NCBI RefSeq assembly: GCF_006345805.1
Contig: NC_043013.1
Coordinates: 9,362,001-9,426,000, forward strand
Reading direction: 5' to 3'
DNA length: 64,000 bases
From: Octopus sinensis
Taxonomy: Eukaryota
Below, piece after piece: positions 38,401 through 49,163 of the stretch. The position numbers and the translations under genes are program-made. How positions within the stretch are numbered: the stretch's first letter is position 1; each line of letters starts with the position of its first letter. The notes below the pieces were generated by a model, which was given only the letters and a program-made list of their open reading frames with translations, was not told the DNA's origin and did not search any database.

Positions 38401-38921
38401 TGCACTTAGAAACGTGCATATGTGTGTGTTTATATACACGTGTGTGAGTGTATGGGCAAAAGATAGACACGTCAGCAAGAAAAACTGCTGATAAATCAGT
38501 ACAAAATCCCAGTGATATTTTTTTCTACCTGTGTTACAAAGACACTCCCTCATTACTCTCAATCACTGAAAATGCATTGAGCCAGTTTTTGGAAACCTAT
38601 AACCAACAAACATTTATCCAACATTTCACCTACGAGTATACAATTTTAAAAATAAAAGATAGTGCTAGGTAGATTATTAATTTTCATTGTGAACTGCTGG
38701 AGAGGTTTTAATCTGTGTTTGTTCCTGTATTTGCTTTGAGTATAGATTTAAGTGTAACCTTTTGGTTAAGAAGCTCACTTTGCAACCATTCTGTTCCTCT
38801 GTGTGGCACCTTAGCCCAGTGTCTTCTACTATACTTTTGGGCTGACCAGTTCCTTGTGAGTGAATTTGATAGATAGATAGAAGCTATGAGGGAGCCTGTC
38901 ATGTAAATATATATATATATC

Positions 38922-39230
38922 ACCATGATCACCGTGACCGATCAGGCTATCAGGTGTTGCTACACTTCACTGGTCACAATGTGCTTCACATTGTTTTAGC
39001 CTTCAAATGATGCCACCCTGCTGGCTAAGCAAGCAGGCCAACAGAAGAAAGAGTGAGAGAAAGTTGTGGCGAAAGAGTACAGCAGAGATTGCCACCACCC
39101 CCTGCCAGAGCCTCGTGGGGCTTCAGGTGTTTTCGCTCAATAAACACTCACAACGCCCAGTCTGGGAATCGAAACCACGATCCTACGACTGCAAGTCCGC
39201 TGCCCTAACCACTGGGCCATTGCGCCTCCA
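38922..39230 (-). mobile_element. SINE family D copy with a different 3' tail
   Basis: Same head and body as 52282-52638, but the tail ends ...gatcggtcacggtgatcatggtgat. Confidence 0.75.
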
Positions 39231-39992
39231 TATATATATATATATAATTCAGATTTACAGAAAGCAAAAGATGAAGACAAGTGAGGAAACAACAAGTAGG
39301 TGTATTAGTTTGACGTTTGGGAAGAATGGAAAGGTCTTTGATGTTTCAAGCCTAGGCTCTTCGACAGAAAGGATTGAGAGGTAAAAAATGGAGAGATATA
39401 ATAAATGTATAGGGATTAACAGTTCACCATGATGAAATAACTGGAAGAAAGAGGCTGAGTGGAAGGGAGATAATGTGTGTATGTGTGGTCATGTTTGTGT
39501 TTGTCGCCCACCACTGCTTAACAACTGGAGTTGGTTTGTTTATGTCCTGTAATATAGTGACTCAGCAAAAGAGGCTGATATAATGTGTCAGACTTAAAAA
39601 AGAAGAAAATAATTTACTGGTGTCGATTGGTTTAATTAAACCCTTCAAAGCAGTGTCCCATCATGGCTGCAGTCCAATGACTGAAGTGAGTAAAAGATAA
39701 ATAATAAAAGACAGGCGTTCTTTGCTAAAAATCAGGCACCCAAATTTAGGGTGCAGTGTATGCACTTTAATAGGGGAATCACCTTCAATCAATAGCAGTA
39801 GCAGCATCATGGGGGTGTGAATGTAATGAAGGCTTTCTGTAACCTTGAATAATTTGAAATGTGAGTGTTTTGTTTGGAACTCTGGAATTCGAAGTGTTTT
39901 ATATTGCACATTATTGAATATTTTGTATGAATTCATTTGTTTATATTTTGCTTATTTACTTATTATTTTTCTTTTTTGTCTGTTTCTTGTAG

Positions 39993-40040
39993 GTGTTGCA
40001 GTCAGCTAAGGAACAAATAAAATGGTCGCTTTTGAAATGA
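39993..40040 (+). CDS. COPZ1: Terminal coding exon of coatomer subunit zeta (zeta-COP), VLQSAKEQIKWSLLK*
   Basis: Long polypyrimidine tract and AG at 39991-39992 (ttttcttttttgtctgtttcttgtag), then GTG TTG CAG TCA GCT AAG GAA CAA ATA AAA TGG TCG CTT TTG AAA TGA. The peptide matches the conserved metazoan zeta-COP C-terminus (human COPZ1 ends VLQSAKEQIKWSLLR). Upstream core exons were not found in the window. Confidence 0.93.
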   Translation: MLQSAKEQIKWSLLK

Positions 40041-40470
40041 TGGGGAAGCCTTACCACTGCCAATAACAGAAAGACAGGCATCATTCTAGAGAATACCATT
40101 GCTACTATCGGCTCATACTAAAATATATCGAAACATAATTCAACATGTAATTTTGTTGTTCCTTTTCTCCTTTTTTTTTTTTCTTGGAGAGATTTATTAA
40201 ATTCATTTATTTAACTGATGTTTTGGCAGAATATGTTATTAAAAAAAAAAAAAATTTTAATTATCTTTGATTTCCATTTGTAGTTTTTGATATATTTTTC
40301 AGCTATATTTAACAAACCAGAAAAGCACTCTGAGAGTGCAGACCTTTGCCAAGCTGCTCATTTCCACCCATATACACTCATACTGAAAATCACCCAATTT
40401 CCCAAACCAATGCCGGCAAAAACATAACCTCCTTGGCAGGGTTAAAATAAAAAATAACACAGTCATATGA
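40041..40470 (+). other. COPZ1: Probable COPZ 3' UTR with candidate polyadenylation signals
   Basis: Follows the TGA and is U-rich. ATTAAA near 40196 and 40238, AATAAA at 40446-40451. True end is unknown. Confidence 0.5.
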
Positions 40471-40931
40471 TTTTTAAAAAAACCCTTTAAAAACAGGAGT
40501 CATCTGAAGCAGTTATACTACATCAATGACAACAGTAAGCTAGTTTCACCATACAGACATCCGCCAATAGCTCATTTTAACATAGATACACAAGTAAAAT
40601 TTCTAAGAGAAATGAAAATGAACTTTGGAAACAGCAACGCCACCATAGGTTACGTAGAAACGATGAACGCGTTTTCAAGGGAGATAATCAAAGAACGTAA
40701 CATTGTAGTACTTCATGTAAAGTAAATATAACAAATGAAAAATCCTTCAAGAATCCATAAAAATACCCGGATCACTACCAAAATTTCATTATCTGTTCCG
40801 TGTGTCATTACCAACTTTTCCTGCAAGTTTCATAAAATACCTTTCACAACTTTTTGAGTTATATTGCATACAGACAGACAGACAAACCAACGCCGATGAA
40901 AATATAATCTCCTTCCTTGGCAGAGGTAATT
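40313..40931 (-). mobile_element. Helentron-associated (HINE/DINE-1-like) non-autonomous element
   Basis: Sub-terminal inverted repeats acctttgccaag (40342-40353) / cttggcagaggt (40916-40927), perfect hairpin gcactct-g-agagtgc (40325-40339), internal (CAGA)n. Confidence 0.6.
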
Positions 40932-41099
40932 AGCAATACGTTTTGGTGGTTTTTTTTATTGGTTTCAATCATTGGACTGTGGCCATACTGTGGCACCACA
41001 TTTGAGGGTTTTAGTTTTAGTTGATTGGATCGACCCTTGTACTTCGTCTGGTACTTGTTTTATTGACCTCCAGAGACAGAAAGGCGAATTTAATTGGGT

Positions 41100-41520
41100 G
41101 TGAAGAGGAATGGAATTACAACCGTGTTTCGTGGTCTGCTACCACAACAGCTCCTTTATAGGATCCAGTTAGCTCAAGACATCATCAGGAGGAACCACGT
41201 CTGGTTTTGGCCCCTACTCCTCTACCGTTTTGACGTGCTCCCCCCCCCCTTCCGGAGGTGTCTTCAGCTCTGTTGTTGGGTGCATGTCTTCTTTCTTTTT
41301 CTTTCTTCTGTTCCCTGGCCTCTTCGATGTATCGATGTATCCAGCAGGCAGCCCCAGCAAGTTGTCATGTGATACTGTCTCACCTTAACTGACTAGGGAA
41401 GGCGCTTAGTTTTAGCCCGCGCTTTTTCTAAAACAAGATGGAACCAAATATCACAAGTTCTCTTTCTTCAACTCACCTTTGCTGGTATGAGTTTAGTCTG
41501 GTCCATTCCAGTGTGGAAGC
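41100..41520 (-). mobile_element. Degenerate RTE-like LINE 3' fragment
   Basis: Minus-strand broken frames with a charged EEAREQKKEKERRH segment resembling RTE ORF2 ends. Confidence 0.4.
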
Positions 41521-41654
41521 ATGGATGGTTAATCCTCTGGCATTCAGATTACTCTGACAAACATATTGCCTGTTTATTCACATTATTTTTTAACTAATCC
41601 TGCACTATTCCAGAGTTTCAAAATTTCATTGCTGTGATTCTTTACTTTTAGAGC

Positions 41655-42030
41655 AACAGGAGTGGCTGTGTGGTAAGTAGCTTGTTTACCAACCACATGG
41701 TTCCGTGTTCAGTCCCACTGCGTGGCACCTTGGGCAAGTGTCTTCTACTATAGCCTCGGGCCGACCAAAGTCTTGTGAGTGGATTTGGTAGACGGAAACT
41801 GAAAGAAGCCCGTCGTATATATGTATATATATATATATATATATGTGTGTGTTTGTGTGTCTGTTTGTCCCTCCAACATCACTTGACAACCGATGGTGTT
41901 GTGTTTATGTCCCCGATAGAATAAGTACTGGGCTTACAAAGAATAAGTCCCGGGGTCGAGTTGCTCGATTAAAGGCGGTGCTCCAGCATGGCCGCAGTCA
42001 AATGACTGAAACAAGTAAAAGAGTAAAGAG
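41655..42030 (+). mobile_element. tRNA-derived SINE family A, CpG-intact copy
   Basis: Near full-length head, body and tail with CpGs retained (gggccgacc, gacggaaac, cccgtcgt). Confidence 0.85.
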
Positions 42031-43652
42031 TGTAGGATAGGTGTGAGAGCCCAGCTCTGCCAAGTTTGAACAAGTAGAATATATGGGCCAGATAAGACTC
42101 ACTATATTGTTCCTTTCAGTAAGTAAATGTCTTCTACTATGGCTGCGGGCTGACAAAAGCCTTGTGAGTGGATTCGGTAGACAGAAACTGAAAGAAGCCT
42201 GTCGTTTGTATGGGTGTGTGTGTGTGTGTGTGTGTGTGTAGGCATGGCTGTGTGGTAAGAAGCGACGAGTTGGCAGAAACGTTAGCACGCCGGGCGAAAT
42301 GCTTAGCGGTATTTCGTCTGCCGTTACGTTCTGAGTTCAAGTTCCGCCGAGGTCGACTTTGCCTTTCATCCCTTCGGGGTCGATAAATTAAGTACCAGTT
42401 ACGCACTGGGGTCAATGTAATCGACTTAATACCTTTGTCTGTCCTTGTTTGTCCCCTCTATGTTTAGCTCCTTGTGGGTAATAAAGAAATAGGTATTTCG
42501 TCTGCCGCTACGTTCTGAGTTCAAATTCCGCCGAGGTCGACTTTGCCTTTCATCCTTTCGGGGTCAATTAAATAAGTACCAGTTACGCACTGAGGTCGAT
42601 ATAATCGACTTAATCCGTTTGTCTGTCCTTGTTTGTCCTCCCTGTTTAGCCCCTTGTAGGTAGTAAAGAAATAGGTATTTCATCTGTCTTTATGTTCTGA
42701 ATTCAAATTCCGCCGAGGTCTTCCTAGAATAGAAAAGATTCTTTGTCGTTTATTTTGACAAACGCATTTTGTTTAACCATCTTCGCGCTCCAATAGTTGT
42801 CAAAGAAGCAGCCAGTCTGTCTACATAGCTCTAAAGAACCGGATTTACTTATTTACTACCTGTCAACAGGGGTCCCAGTCCCACACTATATCAAGGTATG
42901 ATATATATACGTCGGTCTATGTAGTAGATGTACAAAGGTGGCGAATTTAACTAGGCGCAGGCATGGTTGTATGGTAAGAAATTTACTTGCGAACCACATG
43001 GTTGTGGATTCTATCCCACTTCGCGGCATCTTAGGCAAGTGTTTTCTGCAGTAACTTCGGACGGATGAAAGGCCCGTTGTATGTGTGCGTGCATGTGTTA
43101 CTGTCTCGTTGCCTCGACATTGCGTGATAGTTGTAAACGAATGTCACCGTAAAAACATGTCTGGTAATGGGGAGATATTACCTTACTTGGAAACAAGTGT
43201 GAGTTGGCGACAGAAAACTCGTCATCGCGTCCGACCCATGTGATTATGGAAAAAGTGGGCGTAAGAACGATGATGATGATTGTGTGTGTGCGTTTTCGTG
43301 TGTTTGTGTCTTGTGCTAAAATTGTAAATCGAGTGTCCTTCGTATCTATCTTCCGTGAAAGCATGTCAGGTCATAGGAAAATATTGTCTTGAAACACGAA
43401 TCCCGTCTGACCCATGCAAGCATGGAAAGGAGGAAGTTAAAACGTTGATGACGTTTCTTTTATCTTGCATTTGTTTCAGTCATCACACTGCGGCCATACT
43501 GGGACACCACTCTGAAGAACTTTGGACCCAGTACTTATTTATTTGGTCTCTTTTATCAAATTGCTAAGTTATAGGGGATGTAAACGCACCAACACCGGTT
43601 GTCAGGCAGTGGTGGTGGTGAGTAAACAGATACACACTCGCACGCGCGCGCG

Positions 43653-44100
43653 CATGCTGTCCAAGAATTTGAACCCGGGGATCTCCATTTTCAGCGACTT
43701 CGAGGGCCACCTCCCAGTGGTGTTGGGCGTCAAAGAAGAACCCTCAACTACAACAAGACGACCAAATTTTTTTTTCCAAGGTCTGGGGTCTTCCGCCCCT
43801 AAGCCCTAGACCATCACCTAATCACCCTTACCCGTCTTGTTGCTTAACAACAACAACACACACACACACACACAGACGCATGCCCTCCAAGAATTTGGAC
43901 CTGGAGACCTCCATTTCCAGCGACTTCGAGGGCCACCTCCCAGTGGTGTTGGGCGTCAACGAAGAGCCCTCGACTACAAAAAGACGACCAAAGTTCTTTT
44001 TTTTTTCCAAGGTTTGGTGTCTCCCGCCCTTAAGCCCTAGACCATCACCTAATCACCCTTACCCATCTTGTTGCTTAATAACAACAACACACACACACAC
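43653..44100. repeat. Tandem duplication of a GC-richer unit, about 230 bp x2
   Basis: 43653-43870 and 43878-44100 share cgacttcgagggccacctcccagtggtgttgggcgtc...taagccctagaccatcacctaatcacccttaccc, each followed by (CA)n. Confidence 0.85.
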
Positions 44101-44389
44101 ATATATATCTATGATGGGCTTTTTTCAGTTTCCATCTGCTAAATCTGCTCACAAGGCTTTGGTCAACTCGGGGCTGTCATGTCGCCCATGACATGATTTG
44201 AATTCAAAGCACAGTGAACTGGAACAAATATCTCAAGGCTTTTTATCCAGTTGGCCACATTGCGGACAAGGTCTGTCATCAATAGCAGGTGTGATTCGAC
44301 AGCTTAGGACTTATTAGGGGCAAGGAGCAGATAGATAATCCCACATAAATATCAAGTTTCAAAAAGACATTAATGGTTTTTCACTGTTT

Positions 44390-44600
44390 GTCTGGCCCCG
44401 CACCAGATGACTGGGCATGATTAAGGAAGATCTCAAGAGGCTCGACGTTACCTTGGCGGATGCAGAGAGGCTGGCATAGGACCGACAGTGATGGAGGGCA
44501 CTGGTGGACTTGGTCAGCTCTACGCATGATGACGTCTCTGGGACCACTAATCTGGGATGACCCCAGCTTCATCTAGCAAAAGCATGAAGCAAGCAAGCAA
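44390..44600 (+). mobile_element. RTE-like LINE 3' end
   Basis: PRTR*LGMIKEDLKRLDVTLADAERLA*DRQ*WRALV followed by a (GCAA)n tail. Confidence 0.65.
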
Positions 44601-44765
44601 ATTGTTGTCGTTAAGTCCTAGGTCAGCCCATGTTGAACAAATCTATTATCAATGACATTCCAGCCGTGACTAGCCTGTTGATTTTTCACTTATAGTATTT
44701 CTAGGTCTACATTACTCACCTGGTCCTTCCCAACTGTTTTAAAGACGGTTGAATATGATATAAGG

Positions 44766-44901
44766 GCATATGGCGTAGTGGTTAAGGGCATACGGGCATA
44801 TGGCGTAGTGGTTAAGGGCATACGGGCATATGGCGTAGTGGTTAAGGGCACGGGCTACTAACCCCAAGATTCCGAGTTCGATTCCAAGCAGTGACCTGAA
44901 C

Positions 44902-44933
<32 letters not shown>

Positions 44934-45109
44934 CAACATCGAAAAATACCTTAGGAATGAGAACCCAGGTTCGAAATTTCCCCAAGACACCTGAAGAAGG
45001 CTGGAGGGTATATCAGCCGAAACGTTGTGTTAACAACAAACAAGATGAGGACAAATATCCGTCAAATGTAAATAATGTACATAATTCCTCATCTCTTAAA
45101 TATAGAACA
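44766..45109 (+). mobile_element. tRNA-headed SINE with hammerhead-containing 3' part
   Basis: A box TGGCGTAGTGG triplicated with 30-nt period, B box GAGTTCGATTCC at 44874-44885, internal (AAT)n, candidate 8-bp TSD atataagg at 44758-44765 and 45110-45117. Confidence 0.8.
44986..45031 (+). ncRNA. Minimal type I hammerhead ribozyme
   Basis: GACAC-CTGAAGA-A-GGCTG(loop)CAGCC-GAAA-CG-TT-GTGTT: helix I GACAC/GTGTT, CUGANGA core, 5-bp helix II, GAAA, palindromic minimal helix III (AACGTT). Predicted cleavage after GUU at 45026. Confidence 0.78.
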
Positions 45110-45337
45110 ATATAAGGAATATTTACTATTTCTAGCATGTCGAGCGATCACGTGGAAGCTTTCTTATTAACACGTTGTTGTTTGTTCCCTAAGTCAGAAG
45201 ACCAATGATCAAAGACGTCGTTCCAGCTGTGACCATCCTGTCTTTTTTTCTGTCGCATAACTGGCACTATTTAAAAAATGTTACACGAGGACAATATGGT
45301 TACTGCTATTTCTAGTAGATCGAAAGACCACTTAGAA

Positions 45338-46004
45338 CAGTGGTTCTCAACCATTTTTTTAACCCATGGAACCCTTTGATTCCCGTTTTACTCGGGTGGA
45401 CCCTCATAGCCTTTCAATGTGTTAAAAAAATCCCATATTTTTAGAATTAAATATTTTTAGGATTTACATAAAAAGTTAAGAAATTTGATGTGTTGAAGAA
45501 CTATAATTTATTCTTTTATTCTTTTACTTGTTTCAGTCATTTGACTGCGGCCATGCTGGAGCACTGCTTTAAATGATTTTTTAGTGGAAGAAACTGATCC
45601 CAGGGCTTATTCTTTGTAAGCCTAGTACTTATTATATCGTCTCCTTTTGCCGTAGCGCTAAGTTACTTGGACGTAAACACACCAACATCGGTTGTCAAGT
45701 GATGGTGGGGTGGGGTAGGGGACAAACAGACTCAAAGACACGCACGCATAGATAAATAAAATAAATATATATATAGATATACAAATATATTTATATATAT
45801 ATATATATACGACGGGCTTCTTTTCAGTTTCCGATTACCAAATCCACTCACAAGGCTTTGGTCGGCCCGAAGTTATAGTAGAAGACACTTGCCCAAGGTG
45901 CTACGCAGTGGGACTGAACCCAGAACCATGTGGTTAGGAAGTAAGCTTCTTACCACACAGCTACGATCCCCAAGGCTAATATATACCCCGGTTGAGGACC
46001 ACTG
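45338..46004. mobile_element. hAT-type MITE with a nested SINE A
   Basis: Termini CAGTGGTTCTCAACC / GGTTGAGGACCACTG. TSD poorly preserved. Confidence 0.65.
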
Positions 46005-46185
46005 GTGTAGACAATCCTTCCCTGACTCATTTTGTTGATGTTGAGCGTACTCCCAGATGAGCTGTGAACAAATAAACCTATAATCAAAAAGCACCCCTGT
46101 TATTACCATTCCGTTTAAAATTCAGCATGGTATCTCAGATTGTGTTCTCAGATGCCTCCCCATTTTTATCCCCAAGACAGCAGTG

Positions 46186-46594
46186 GGATCTTTTCGGTTT
46201 GAATGGCAGTTTTTTCTAGCGGTGTCATATGAAATTGTCACCCATAATTATGACCCTAGTATCGATCTATTGCATTTTAATCTGTTTTAGGGTTAGGGGT
46301 GAGGGGAAGGGTATATTTTTTCTTCAGAAATGTAAATAAACTCAATCTGTTTCTTAAACGAGGGACATATTCATACGGCACAGAATATTTTCACCTCAAT
46401 AGGCGTCATTGATTGGTTGAAATTGCAGAAATTGAAGAAAAACAACAACAAATATCTTACAAACTATAGAATTTTCTCAATAAAGCCAGGAGAAAAAGAT
46501 GTTTTATAAACACATTCTACCAGTATACGAAGTTTGAAAGTGTTTAGTTACGTGGAAATTATTTTAAAAACTGCCGTTCAAACCGAAAAGATCC
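46186..46594. mobile_element. MITE with GG..CC termini and perfect 8-bp TSD (Merlin-like)
   Basis: 29-bp TIRs GGATCTTTTCGGTTTGAATGGCAGTTTTT / AAAAACTGCCGTTCAAACCGAAAAGATCC. TSD cagcagtg at 46178-46185 and 46595-46602. Confidence 0.85.
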
Positions 46595-48186
46595 CAGCAG
46601 TGTCTGATTTAAGGGCGATTTCGTTACTATTTCTAGCAGTTCGAGCGGCCACATAGAGGCTCCTTCTCTCCGTCTCGTTTTTGTTTATTGTCGGTTCAGA
46701 TTATGTACAAGTATCAATGTTCTTTAGAATAATAATGTAGTCGCGTTGTATAAATAAATAAAGTATATTATTCTATTTGGCTCAGCCAAATAAATTATTG
46801 CTTCTACTTCACAGCTGAATGGTTGACGTTAGAAAGGGTATCCAGCTGTAAAAAAAAAAACCCACGCGCATATATACACACATATATACATAACAAAAAC
46901 GGAAAACATATTAGAGAAGAAGAAGAAGAAAAGAAAAAAAAAAGCAAACCAAAGTAAAAACATTCACCTTCATGAAGATTCATGCAACCATCCGACTCAT
47001 GCAAATGTTGAAAAAGAAAATAACTGTAAAACTGTCAAAATAAAACCCCACCAAAACAAACAAACGAAGAAAAACACAAGTGTTTTATTACATATTTTGT
47101 TACTGGTGAAGTCTGAACAGAAGAAAGGTCAAATTCGCTAGCGACGAGCCCAGCCTACAAATTTATTGCAGCATTAAAGTTAAATCATAACTATAAACTA
47201 ACATCAAACTTACTTCCTCTCTTCCGAGAGGCTGAAGCTTGACTCAATAAGCCACCAGCCAGTAACTTTCTTGAAAATATTATTTTCATATATTGTTAAT
47301 CTTTAATTTTGAGCAATAAACTTTACTTTGATATTTATCATTCTACCTTTGAACTTGGAGCAGAGGAAAACAGAAAAAGGACTACCTTAACTTGGCAGTA
47401 AAATGTTAGTTTAGAAAATAGCTTATCTTTGAAGTGAGGCGATGCAAACCAAGTCCGTTTGATGTTTGTTTGATCTGTGAGTTTGAGTCATAAACTAGAC
47501 TTTACTACGTACATAATCTCTGACCTTGAATACAAACATACACATATAGACATAACTGGATCTGTGAACACTGATGTCAGAAACATGCAATGTGATATTT
47601 TCATTTTAAGTTTCAATGACCAACCAAGGAGAGATATATAAGTTGTCTGCTTGATAAAACATCAGCATCATTTTTGTTGTTGGTTTTGTATAATTTTGTT
47701 ATATCAATCAATGCAAGCAGGGACAAGCCTTTTACCGAGATTTCTTCTTTTTTTTTTTTTAAACTTCTTCACTGAACGATTGAATAGGACGAACAAACTG
47801 ATAGGAAGATCAAGTTCGTCTCATTTTTTTTTTGGCTCGCATTTTAATAATGCTGTTTATATTGTATAATAGTTGAAAGGTGTTGTGATTGCTGTTGTTG
47901 TTACTGAATATTTCTTGGATTTCTTGTGTACAGTAGCAGCAGCAGCAGCATCATCATTTCAGAAATGGAAGCAATACTGTCCAGTGCTATATAATATATT
48001 TCGCTGATGATGATGATGATGATAAAAGTCACTATAAAAACGAAATGTGCCCTTACCCCTAGAATAATATGTCAGATTTTATTTTAAATTTAGTTTAATT
48101 TTTTGGGGTTTAAAATAGTAAACAAAACATCTTTGTTTATGAAATAATATTAGGGGTTATTTCAGAAAATATTTATAACAAACTAC

Positions 48187-48219
<33 letters not shown>

Positions 48220-48420
48220 TATGCGTACATATATACGCATACATTTATATATATGCACACACATATATACATATATATATATATACATGTGTATATATAT
48301 ATATGCATATATATATACATACATATATACATACATATACATATATATGCATATATATATATACATATATAAATATATACATATATATATACATACATAT
48401 ATATATATATGCATATATAC

Positions 48421-48451
<31 letters not shown>

Positions 48452-49163
48452 CATATATATATATACATACACACACACATATATATATATACATATTTAT
48501 ATATATATATATATATGAGTATGTGTATATATACACACGCATACATATATAATACATACATATATATATATATAATTTTGTTCGAGTCATTCTCTTGCCA
48601 CTCTGAGTTTCACGAAAGAATTATTCAATACTCCTTTGTGGAGAACATTTTCAGTAAACTTCTACAAGAATAGAGTTGACAGTGACTTCGAAGTTTCGGT
48701 GTGCTAATCTTCGTCACTGCCCCCCTCCTCTTCTTGTAAAAATTTAATATGTATGTATACGCACGCGCAAGTGTGTGTTTTGTTATTTTAATAGTTTCTT
48801 GCATAGAAGACTATAAGTGATACGGAATGGTGAATGTTCTCAATTCAATCAACACTTGCCGCATGGCTGGTGTCCTGGAACCTTTCTATGATTTCCCCCA
48901 AATCACAGAACCCATCTCTATATTCTACGGACATTCTCCTATCGCCGCCATCTTAATTTGAATAAAGTTTTAAATGAAATAAACATTGTTTGAAGGATAG
49001 GAGTTTTTTTTTTTTTATAAGACTAAAAAAAAATATTGCTATTATTGTGGTATAAAGCGATGACCTGGCAGAATCGTTAGAACACTGGGCAAAGTGCTTG
49101 GCAACATTTTATTTGTATTTACGTTCTGATTCGGCGGTTCAAATTCCACTGAGTTCGTCTTTG

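Noticed and set aside
2044-39992. Intronic miR-148/152-like microRNA, as in vertebrate COPZ genes
   Set aside because: No recognisable mature sequence or convincing pre-miRNA hairpin seen by eye.
44824-44900. tRNA gene
   Set aside because: A and B boxes present but no proper acceptor stem; embedded in a TSD-flanked SINE. The same applies to the heads at 22133 and 52638.
47100-47530. Apparent minus-strand exons (ttttcaag...gtaagt near 47213-47270)
   Set aside because: Surrounding broken frames (IKRTWFASPHFKDKLFSKL, L*AGLVAS) resemble an old RTE reverse-transcriptase C-terminus, and the implied intron is only about 59 nt.
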